From Carcharhinus longimanus (taxonomy: Eukaryota), in contig JASCQW010000032.1 of NCBI GenBank assembly GCA_030264375.1, forward strand, positions 38,575,229 through 38,639,228: a DNA stretch of 64,000 nucleotides, read 5' to 3'. This document shows, piece by piece, positions 15,101 through 27,600 of the stretch; the first letter of the stretch is position 1, and the number at the start of each line of letters is the position of its first letter. The notes below the pieces were generated by a model. It searched no databases and was not told where the DNA came from. It worked only from the letters and a program-made list of their open reading frames with translations. A program made the translations under genes and the position numbers.

Positions 15101-15641
15101 GAAGGAATCAAATACAAATTCAGAGTTGCAGCTAGAAATATTGTAGGAGCCAGCTTGCCCAGAGAAACTGAAGGATTATTTGAAATTAAAGAACAACTGA
15201 GTAAGTAAACAGTTAATTATTTCAATCCAAAATAAAAACAGACTTTTAAGAAAAATTGTGATTGAAGACTTTGAGATTAAGCTATTAAAGCTATCAGGAA
15301 ACTTGAATAACTTGTGCCTTAGTAATGTTCTGCCACCAAGCTGCAGCTCACTGCCTTCCTTCCATTGTAGCACTCAGATCCTTAGCATGTATGACTCGTC
15401 ACTGGGGGTGGTGGAGGATGCAGATACTGGGGAGGGTAAGAAATCGCTGCCAACAATCCAAAGAAACTCCGGTCTTTTCTGGCACACTTTTTGGAGTGGT
15501 CTCCTTTTAAAGTTTTACAATTAGGCTTCTCGATATTTATAGAAATGGGACTGGCAGATGCTGTCCATTCTTCTTTCTTTCCCCTTTGAAAGATGTAAAT
15601 TGACACTGAGCTTCCATTTTAGTGCAGTCTGGCAGGCAAAG

Positions 15642-15683
<42 letters not shown>

Positions 15684-18600
15684 CCCCACCAAACTTTTCC
15701 CCAGTCATCATTTTCAGCCATGAAGTCGAAGACTTGTTGTTTTAACCACTGTAACTTCAAGGTAGCTTCAAATTTTTTTAAAAAATTGTATTTAAATAGT
15801 GCCTCTCAGAGACATTTCAGAGTGTTTCACAGGCAATGAATTATTCTGACATATGGCAACCACAATTTTGCAGGCAAGAATGGTAGCCATCTTTCGCAAA
15901 AACAGGGGCCGGGATTCTCCAACCTCACCCGCGGCTGGGATTCTCCGGTTCCGCTGCAGTGAATGGAGATTTGGCTGAGTGCCAGATTTTTCCTTCTCAC
16001 TGGCAGCAGTGGCAGGATAGCAGTACAAGACCAGAGAATTACAGTCAAGATCTCATCAACAGCAATGACACTTTGAATGAATACCTTAACAGGGCTTCAG
16101 TTTAACATCTTAAAGTATCAAATTAGCATCTCAAACAATCCAGCACTGAGTTAATATTCCACTGAAGTTGCATCCCTAATCTGATGTTCAAGCCCTGGAA
16201 TGGAGCTGAATCCTACAAACTTTTGGTACAAAGGAATGGAACTGAACTGATACTGTGTTGGTAGAAAGTACAAATAATTTCTTGTCAGTAATTGTTAAAT
16301 TATTTAAGATGCTGATATATTAGGACTGATTCCCCAATTGTTTGTTGCTGGGAGGGAATTTAACCAGTTGCCTGTAGTTATGAAAGATTGGGAGCTTCTT
16401 GCTAACAATGCGTCCTTGGAAAATTGGCATAGATATGTTTTAAAGATGCATGTAGGTTTTTAACAAAGGTTCACACCCCTGCATTAACATTGAATTAATA
16501 CCTTTTTTTTTAATAGTGCCACCAAAGATTATCATGCCTGAATTCATAACAATCAAAGCCGGGCAGAAGCTTAGAATTGAAGCTCATGTAGCTGGCAAGC
16601 CTGCACCAGTTTGCAAATGGATGAAAGGAGATGAGGTTATAATGCCATCTAGTCGCCTGGTTGTACATAAGACGAAGGATACTTCAGTACTTATCATTAA
16701 AGATGTTACCAGAAAAGATAGTGGCTACTACAATCTTTCTGCAGAAAATAGCTCCGGCATCGCCACCCAGAAAATACGTGTGGTGATAATGGGTATGTAT
16801 ATTTGATGCTTTGTGTAATCATAGAATCATAGAAAATTTACACACAGAAGGAGGCCGCTTGGCCCATCGTTTCTTTTCCAGCTAAAAACAAGCCACCCTG
16901 CAATCCCACTTTCCAGCATTTGGCCCATAACCCTGAAGATTACAGCACTTGAGATGCATATCCAGGCACTTCTTACATGAGTTGAGAGTTTCTGTCTCTT
17001 CCCTCTTTTGAGGTAATGAGTTCCAGGCCCCATAATCCTCTTGGTGAAAAGATATTTCTTCACTGCCCCACTAACCTTTCTACCAATCATTTTAGATTTA
17101 TGTCACCTGGTTACCGTCCTCGCTGGAAAATCCCTTTCCATCAACTCCATCTAGGCCCCTCTCAATTTTATACAGCTCAATAAAATCTCTCCTCAGACTC
17201 CTGCATTCCAAGGAGAAGAACCTCCGCCTATTCAGTCTTTCCTTATAGCTGGAATTTTCCAGTCCTGGCAATGTCCTCATAAATTTCCCCTTTACCTCCC
17301 TAATGCAACTATATCCTTTCTCTAATGCAGTGACCAGAACTGCACACACTAACCAAATTGTGGCCTAACTAATGTTTCATATAGTTTCAGTTTAACCTCC
17401 CTACTGTTATATTCTGTGCCTCAGCTAATAAGTAAAAGAATTCCATGTGCCATCTTGGCCATTTTACCACCCTGTCCTGCTACCTTCAGGGATTTGTATA
17501 CATTCACTCATTATCTCACATTCCTTCTACACCTTTCAGTGTCCTCCTATTAATTGTGTACTACTTTGCCGTGTTTCACCTTCCCAAGTGCATTCCCTCA
17601 AGCTTCTTTGGATTGAATTCCATTTGCCACTTTTCTGCCAATCTGACCAGTCCAGTGATATCTTCCTGCAGTCTCCAGCAATCCTCCTCACTATCAACCT
17701 AACAGCCAATTTTTATCAACTGCGAACCTCCCCTACACTTACATCAAATCATTAATATATACCACAAAAAGCAGGAGACCTAATACTGAGCCTTGGGGAA
17801 GCCCACTGGAAGCAGCCTTCAGAACCTTCCTGCCACAAATCTAATTTTGTATCCAACTTGCTACACCCCTTGGATCATGTGGGCTTTTTTTTAACCAGTC
17901 TTCCATGTAGGACCTTGTCAAAAGCCTTTCTAAAATCCATGTAGGCCACATCAATTGCACCACTCTGACCAATCCTCCTTGGTACCTCCTCACAAAATTC
18001 AATCAAATTAGTCACAGACATGATCTTCCCTTAACAAATCCATGTTTACTGTCCTTGATTAATCTACGCCTTTTGAAGTGACAGTTTATCCTGCCCTTCA
18101 GAATTGATTCCAAGGGTCAAAATGACTAGCCTATAATTATTTTGTCTATCCTTCACTCCCTTTTTAAGCAAAGGTACAATAGTAGACCCCCAACCCTCCT
18201 GTGCCTCTTCTGTATCCAGTGAGGATTGGAAAATGACAGAGCCTCCACAATGTCCTCCCTAGTTCCTTTTAACAGCACGAGGTACATTTTATCTGGCTGT
18301 GATGATTTATCCACTTTCAAAGATGCTAATGCTCTAATGTTTCCTCTGTCCTAAGGCTACGTAAGGTTGTGCACTTGAACGAATTAGAGCTGTGTAAATA
18401 GTATTCCATTAGTATTGCTCTGTAAAGCAGCATTATTTCATTGTTTCATTCTGAGCACTTTATGTTTTTCAGATATTCCTGGACCACCACAGCCACCATT
18501 TGATATTACAGAAATTGATGCTGATTCTTGCCACCTGAACTGGCATATTCCATTTGAAGATGGTGGCAGCAACATAACAAACTATGTAATAGAGAAATGT

Positions 18601-21600
18601 GATTTGAGCCGTGGTGACTGGATTACAGCTGTGGCATCTGTAACAAAGACAAATTGTAGAATCGGAAAGCTTATCCCTGGACAAGAGTACATGTTCCGTG
18701 TTCGTGCAGAAAATAGATTTGGTATTTCAGAACCTCTCACCTCTGATAAAATGATTGCTCAGTATCAATTTGGTAAGCTATAACAAAGTGTTTGGGCTGC
18801 ATTTTTTTAAGACATAAAACCTGGCTTCAGAGCTGATGAAAGTTTTTTTTAATTTTTATGTACAGGTGTTCCCAGTGAACCAAGGAACGCACGTGTCACA
18901 AAGGTGAACAAAGAATGCATATTTTTGGCATGGGACAGACCAGAAAGTGATGGTGGTAGTCCCATCACTGGATATGCTATTGAACGTAAAGAGAGAAATA
19001 GCCTTCTCTGGGTAAAGGCAAATGACACATCTGTCCGTGCCACTGAGTACCCATGTTCAGGACTGATTGAAGGGCTAGAGTATACTTTCCGAGTCAGTGC
19101 ACTGAACAGGGCTGGATCTAGCAAGCCTAGTAAACCAACTGAGCTTGTAACAGCTAGGACAGCTGTTGGTAAGTATTCTCAAAAATCTTGAAGAAGTTAC
19201 TTTTATAATTATCTTAAATTCTTTGGATTTTACTTCTTGAAGTTTTTGTGTGTAAACTTAGAAACACGTGCCCATGTTTTACAACAGATCCACCAGGCAA
19301 ACCTGAAGCCATTGACGTCACGAATAGTACAGTTTCTCTCATCTGGGCAAGGCCCAAACATGATGGTGGAAGCAAAATAATTGGTTATTATGTTGAAGCC
19401 TGTAAATTACCTGGTGATAAGTGGATACGATGCAACTCCAATTGTCAAAATGTACCTACTGAAGAATTCACTGTTACCAATCTTGAAGAACATGCCCAAT
19501 ATCAATTCAGGATCATTGCGAAGACAGTAGTTAATATCAGCAGACCATCTGAACCTTCAGATCCAGTGACCATCGTGGCAGAACACGGTATGAATGAATG
19601 TCACTTTGTTGTATTACTTTATGCCTGATTTTCATTTTGCAGAACTTGCAATGTCATAAAGAGGATGATAAATGTAATATATTAATTTTATTGTACTTGA
19701 GAAATATTATTCATATTAAAGTGTTCTTTTCAAATTACAGTTGCACCAAGAATTGATTTGGGTGTGTCCATGAAGTCTCTGATCACTGTGAAGGCTGGAT
19801 TTAACGTTTGTTTAGACGCTCATGTCTTTGGAAAACCCTTTCCAAAGATCACTTGGAAGAAAGAAGGCAATGTACTAAAGTCTGGTGAAGGCATTAAAAT
19901 AGCCAGAGCAAGAAATCTGTGCACACTCGAATTGTATAGTGTACAAAGGAAAGAAACTGGAGAGTACACTATTGTGGCAGAGAATGCAAGTGGATCCAAA
20001 TCAGCTAACGTAAAACTGAAAGTATTAGGTAAAAGTATTTTAAAATGTTTCATTGGATATGAGTGAATCTGGTGTCCATTGTACAATAGCTCAATAAAAC
20101 GTGTATGTGAATTTTCAACTATAAATGTAATTTTTATGCGAACCTGACAAAAAAAACAAGATTTTAAAGCAAATGATTAGTTTCATTTTTAACTCAATTA
20201 AAAAAAAATCCAAAATTTTTAATGCATTATTATGTTCTGTGTTTTTCATAGATAAACCTGGTCCACCAGCTTCTATCAAAGTTAGCAACATTTATTCAGA
20301 TCGTGTTACACTGAAGTGGGAACCTCCTCTTGAGGATGGAGGTTCTGAGATAACTAACTACATAGTCGATAAACGTGAGACAAGCCGTCCTAATTGGGCT
20401 CAAGTTACTGCTAATTTACAGATTACGCAGTGTGGTATAGAGAAACTGATAGAAGGACATGAATACCAGTTCCGTGTCAGTGCAGAGAACAAGTATGGAG
20501 TGGGTGATCCAATTATTACTCATCCAGTTATTGCTAAGAATCCTTACAGTAAGTAAAATACATTATAATTTTGTAGCTACTTTTCATTTTAATTGATAAA
20601 CAGGCAAACACCATTTAACACATGCATTGTATTATTTACAGATGTACCTGGGCCATGTGATGCTCCAATAATTAGCAACATCACAAAAGATCACATGACA
20701 GTTAGCTGGAAAGCCCCAGCAGATGATGGTGGATCTCCGGTGACTGGATATATGTTAGAAAAACGTGAGACGATGTCTGTTGCTTGGTCAAAAGTCAACA
20801 GAAAACCAGTTTTAGAAAGAACAGTTAAAGCCACAGGACTTCAAGAAGGCACTGAGTATGAGTATCGAGTTATTGCTTTGAATAAAGCAGGACCGGGTAA
20901 ACCCAGTGAATCTTCAAAAGCAGCGTTTGCCCTTGATCCTCAGTGTAAGTAAACATATAACTTTATATATACATGAGCACCATACTCCCTTACTCTCTTG
21001 TTCTTTGAACTTTTTCATTGAAATTGTTTTATTTCCATTCAGATCCTCCAGGACCTCCTGCCTTCCCAAAAGTTGTTGATACAACTCGCAGTACTATCAG
21101 TTTGTCTTGGAGTAAGCCAGCATATGATGGTGGCAGTCCAATTTTGGGATATTTAGTTGAAGTTAAGCGTGCAGATGGTGAACACTGGACAAAGTGCAAT
21201 ATACCGAAGAATCTTCGTGAGACACATTATACTGTAACAGGACTATCTGAAGGCACTGAGTATCAGTTCCGTGTAAGTGCAGTGAACAAAATAGGCTTCA
21301 GTGATCCAAGTGAAGTGCCAGAAAAACATACTGCCAAGGATATTTTGAGTAAGTTTTCATTACTCTGTGAAGCAAATACAGTATTGTCATTAAAACATTA
21401 TATTATCCTCAACAAGTCAGGCAATATGTGGAGAGATAGTACTTTCTAATGAAAGGTCATCGACCCACTATGTTAACTCTGTCTCTCATTCGACAGATGC
21501 TGCCCAACCTTTCCAGTAGTTCCAGCATTTTTAATTTTATTTACAATTTGCAGCATTTGCAGTATTTTGCCTTTGTATTATCTTTCTGAAATGTTCTCTC

Positions 21601-24600
21601 CATTATTCAAATGGAAGAATTATTACATTCTAAATAAATGGGTTAATGGCAATAAATAAATATTTTTGATTCTTGTAGTCTGAAATCCAGCAACATTATT
21701 ACAGAATCAGTGGGTGGTATTTTCTGGCCTTTCCCACTAGTAAGATCTTCTGGTCCAGTTTAACCACCACCAAACAACGCCCCCCCACACATCACCACCA
21801 CCATCACCACTACCATCACCACCACCATGTGGTAGGTTCCTAGTGGCAAAGTGGATGCATCATGCAAAAGTCTGTAGAGTGTGGCATCAGCACCTATTGA
21901 CTCACCACAGGAAAACCCGCCACAGAGGGGCTGAAATATCCTGGACAGCTGGAGATCAGCTCAAACTAGCACCAGACATGCATGCCTTGGCGTGCTGTAA
22001 GTGTCCTTATGTTCTTCAACCGACCCTTAAGAATGTAGTTTGAGTGGGATAGTGCCATAGTGTAGCGTGATGCCCTTTTTCTAATGGGATGGTGCTTACA
22101 GAATCAGATCTTTCTTTATCATAATGGAAATGAGGACATATTCAAGAGTTGTAAAGTTAGATGGGAATTTTGTGGGTAAGTTTTTGCGTGCAATTTGTTA
22201 TGTTTTAATATGTAAAAACATAATTTTACAGGTATATGTTTAGGTAGATGAAGCAAATTTTGTATGAATACAAATTTTGTAGATACGCAGGGTAGAATAG
22301 GTGTAGGGTGATGCGGCGGCGCGGGCTTGTTGGGCCGAAGGGCCTGTTTCCCGTGCTGGGTTGTTCTTTGTTCTTTAATACAATTGGCATTTTTTGTGAC
22401 TGAACTAAATGACACTGTAGAGGTAGCATAGGACATTATTAGTTCCTGAAATAATGTTTCTGGAATCTGATTGACCAGACAGGTTGAAGTGAAAATGTTC
22501 TCAGGGATGTAGCTGAAGCAATGGTGGCCTCAGGTTCTGTAATCTGTTTGGTAGAATTAATTTGATAACACAGAAACATATCTTAATACATATGGGAGAT
22601 TTTTAATAATGAAGATTGAATTATGTACCTTTTTTCTGAACAGTTCCCCCTGAAGCAGATCTTGATGCTGACTTAAGGAAGGTGCTTATATTGCGTGCTG
22701 GTGTCACAATGAGAATCTATGTGCCAGTGAGAGGCCGGCCTCCACCAAAGATTAGTTGGGCTAAAATGGATGCCAACATACAGGATAGACAAGGACTTGA
22801 AATCAAAACTTCAGACTATGACACAATGTTGTACTGCGAAAATGTGAATCGATACGATGCTGGAAAGTACATCTTAACTTTACAAAATAGCAGTGGAACA
22901 AAAGCATACACACTTACCGTAAAGGTTCTTGGTAAGTTGTTACAAATTATTTTGTTGTCATAAAAAGTAAAATATTAATATGAAGTGAGTTGATTATATT
23001 TATTTTACTCAGTGAGACAACCATTTACCTTTTTCTTTACTTTTTAATTAGATACTCCTGGACCTCCAGTTAATCTTATAGTTAAAGAAACATCAAAGGA
23101 TTATGCTGTTATATCATGGGATCCTCCTCTCGTGGATGGTGGCAGTCCAGTTAAAAATTACATAGTAGAGAAACGAGATGCTGAAAGAAAGGCATGGTCA
23201 ACTGTAGCAACTGAGTGTCCCAAGACAAGTTTCAGAATTACTAAATTGGAAGAGGGTAAATATTACTACTTCAGGGTTCTAGCTGAAAATGAGTATGGCA
23301 TTGGCGAACCTTGTGAGACAAAAGATGCAGTGAAGGCTTCAGGTGAGGATTAAACATATTGATTACTTTTCACGATTTAATACTGGACAAAAAAAACTGC
23401 ATATTGTAATTTTTTCCTCTTAAACAATCTATTGCATTATATAGAAGAGCCTGGGCCTGTGGAAGACTTAAAGGTTGCAGCTGTGTCCAAGAGATCTTGC
23501 ACTCTGACATGGAATAAACCAATCAGTGATGGTGGAACACGAATTACTGCTTATGCTGTTGATGTAATGGTTCAAGAGGACAAGTGGAAAGAGTTGATGA
23601 GAGCTAAGAAGTTGCAATTTTCAACAAATGACCTGGATGAAGGAAAAGAATGCACTTTCAGAGTAAGGGCACAGAATGATGCTGGATTCAGCGTGCCACG
23701 TGAAATTACACTTGTAGCAAAGGATCAAGTTGGTGAGTAAGCCCCTCTTGGCATTAGTAGTTTATCTTTGAATAATTAGAAGTTCAAATGCAAGTTTGAA
23801 TTGTTGAATGTAAAATAACTAATATTTGGTTTTGTTAATTAACTAGACCTTTTTGGACACATTAACAAGTCTCAGAAACTTCTAAGGTGTTTTGCAGTGC
23901 ATAAATTACTTTTAAAGTTTAACTACTGTGTTATATAGGCAAGGTTATGATAAAGCTGTATAAAACACATGTCAGGCCACATCTAGAGTACTGTGCTGCT
24001 CTGGTCACCGTACTGTAGGAAGGATGTGATTACACTAGAAAGGGTGCAGAGGAGATTCACCAGGATGTTGCCTGGGCTGAAACATTTCAGAAGTGAAGGG
24101 AGGCTGGTGGTTAGGTTCAGGTTGTTTTCCTCAGAGCAAAGAAGGATGAAGTGGGACCTGATCAGAGAATGCAAAATTGAGGAACATAAATAAGGTAAAT
24201 AGAAAGAAACTTTTCACCTTAGTCAAGAGGGCAATTACCATGGGCCTTAAATTTAAGGTAAGGGGCAAGAGATTTAATGGGGATTTAAGGAAAAACTTTT
24301 TCACCCAGAGAGTGGAACTCATTGCCTGAAAGCATGGTAGAGGTGGAAACCTTCATGACAGTTAAGGAGTATTTAGATGAGCATTTAAAACACCATAGCA
24401 TTCAAGACTATAGACCAAGTGCTGGAAAAAGCGATTTTAATAGATAGTGCTTTATGGCTGACGCAAATCAGATGTGCCAAAGTGCCTCCATCTGTTCTGT
24501 GGACTTGTATGACTGTAAGGTGATAGGGTGGTAGAGATATATATAGATACAGTGTGCTGAGTGGCAGACAGGGTGGTAAGGTCCCAGCTGGGTAGAGTAG

Positions 24601-27600
24601 CATGGTGGTATGCGGAAAGGGTGAGAGATTGGCATAGTATTAAGGTGGCAGGTTGGGTAGGTGGTGAGGCCAGGGGGAGTCAAATGGTCAGGGGATCAGT
24701 TGTGAATTAGGGTCAGGGAAAGTCAGAGGGTCAGTGGAGTTTAGAGGACCAGGGAAGTTGAAGGTTCGAGAGGAGTCAGTGAATCAGAGGTGAATTGGAG
24801 AGTTGTGCGGGAGTTGATGGTTGGGGAGCTGAAGGGTCAGGGGAGTCAGATGGTCAGTGTGGAGGAGTGTGGAGTGTCAGAGGATTGGGGGACTCAGAGG
24901 ACCAGGAGCAAACTAGAGGGTCGCAGGGTGTTGGAGAGTCAGGATGAATCAGATGATCAGGGGCTTCTATCAGTGAGTGGAGGGGGATTCAGAGGGTGGG
25001 AATGAATTGGAGGATCACAGATGAATATAAAGATCAGAATGTGTTGGATGGTCAGCGGTGTGTCAGAGAGACAGGGTTGATTCAGAGGGTCAGAAGTTTG
25101 ACGGGGGATCAGTGGATCATGAGGAATCTGGGGAGTTGGGGTCAGGGAAAGTCAGGAGATATTGAAAGGTCATGGGATATGGGAGTCAGGTGAGTCAGTA
25201 TGAGTGGAGTTCGAACTGTTTTCTTTCTGTTTGACATTTCCTGAGTAGGTAAATAAGTCAAAATCATCCAATCTCTCTTACTCCAGACGGTTTGGATTCG
25301 GGAATTGCCCAGTGTAAATCCAAACTTCCAGGAGAATCCCCACAGTCAGTGCATTGGGACATCTGATGCGTCCCAATACATATTACATATTGGGAGATAA
25401 ATGTTGGATAGGACCATCCAGAATTTCTGGCCTTATACATGCATTGCAGAAGGATTTGATTTAGCTTTACGCAAAGAATTATTAGAAAAATGAAACTTTG
25501 TGTTTAGACATTTGACAGGCAACCAGATTGAAGGCCTCAATTTTGCTGCCGCCCAGGAGATGTATTGGAAGGCAGGGATCGGGTAAAATCATGGGGAGCC
25601 GTGTCTGATTGACTCCCTGATATATTCCCAATATTGGGGCATTTTACCAACAATGGACTGGAGACAGTCTGTCCACTCTAATTTCCAGAGTTAAAAGCCC
25701 AATTCGGTGCCATTGCCATTTTACTGATGGCAATTGACTCCCACTTCATGAGACCGGCAGATAATTAGAGGCCGCCCCCCCCCCACCCACCCACCCACCC
25801 AGGTGAGCAAAACATNNNNNNNNNNNNNNNNNNNNNNNNNNNNNNNNNNNNNNNNNNNNNNNNNNNNNNNNNNNNNNNNNNNNNNNNNNNNNNNNNNNNN
25901 NNNNNNNNNNNNNNNNNNNNNNNNNNNNNNNNNNGACTGCAGACTCTGTAGCCAAAGCAACCTCCACAGAGGGCTCTCCCTCTAGCACTTATTCCTTTCA
26001 CAATTTAAAAATTTGGCTTCACCTACCTGCTATAGGTCCCAGGTCCCAAGGCAGCTTCAGTAGAGAGTGCCACTCCTAATGGTGCTGCTAAACCATTGGC
26101 CCTCTAATTGAGCGGCAGCTCATGAGGGCATGTCACCAGCATTAATAGGATGGCAGCTCATAAAATGCAGGGGGAAGTTCCGTCAGTCACTCATGCATGA
26201 TAGCGACACACATTTCCACCTCACATCAGGAACTCCACATTGCCCACCAAATTCTGGTCAAGGTATTTAAAATGATAAATGGATTCAGTACAGTAGATTA
26301 AGAAAAGTTATTTTCTCTGGTGGAAGAATCCACCAGAGGGATGGCACAGTGGTTAGCACTGCTGCCTCATGGCACCAGGGACTCAGGTTAAACCTGGTCT
26401 CGGGTCACTGTCTATGTGGAGTTTGCACATTTTCCCCGTGTCTGCATAGGCTTCCTCTAGGTGCTCAGGTTTCCCCTCTCAATTCAAAGATATGCGGGTT
26501 AGGTTGATTGGCCATACTAAATTGACCCTAGTGGCAGGGGATTAGCAGGGTAAATATGTGGGGTTACAGGAATAGGGCCTGGGTGGGATTTGATCAGTGC
26601 AGACTTGATGGGCCAAATGGCCTTCTTCTGCACGGTAGGGATTCTATAAAACAAGATCATTTCTATGTTTGTAGGTGAAGTATAGAATTTCTAGGTTTGT
26701 AGGTGAATTATAGAATTCCTTTCCTCCCAAAAGTCTGTAGATGCTGGGACCACTGAAATTTTCAAAACACCAACAGATTGTTGTTAGGTCCAGTTATAGG
26801 CTTTTGGGTTGAAGGTGGATAGATTGAGTTGAAGCCAAGATCTGATCCAATGATGCAATGTTGCCAAAAGGCTGAATGACCCATTGCTGTTCCCACTATA
26901 GGACATAGCTAGTCTTTTCATCTTCAATTCTAACATTCCAAGCATAAATAAACTACATTTGGATTGCATTAAAATTGGCACAAGCCAAGTGCACAATTTG
27001 CACAGTAGCTATAATACTTACTTCAATTAGACAATTATCATTAAATAATCTCTTTGAAATTGGTTGGCCATTATATGTCACCTATGGTAAAGTACTTTAT
27101 GTCAATTGTTAAGTTAAACTGTGTACCATCTTAAGGCCTCGCTCATAATAAGACATTGCAAACTATTATTTAAACATCACAATGGTTTCAAAGTATAATT
27201 GTCAAAACTGAGAATTGGATTTATTAAACTTTCTTTGCCTCAACAGTACCACCAAATCTTGACTTAGGAGATTTCCCTGACCTAACATACATTGTCAAGG
27301 AGGGAAGTACTGCCCGTATAAAGATTCCAATCAGTGGCAAACCTGTACCAAAAGTAACATGGAAGAAAGGTGAAGATGTGCTTCAGGAAACTGGAAGAAT
27401 ATCTGTGGAATCCACAGCAGTTAATACAACTCTCACAGTGCGAGATTGTCAAAAGAGTGATGCTGGAAAATACACAATCAACTTGAAGAATGTTGGTGGC
27501 ACTAAAGAAGGTGCACTGTACATGAAAGTAGTTGGAAAACCTGGAATACCAACTGCACCTTTCCGTTTTGATGAAGTAACAGCAGATGCAATCACTTTAA

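Noticed and set aside
26341-26400. tRNA gene
   Set aside because: A tRNA-derived SINE head with a decayed B-box and no cloverleaf
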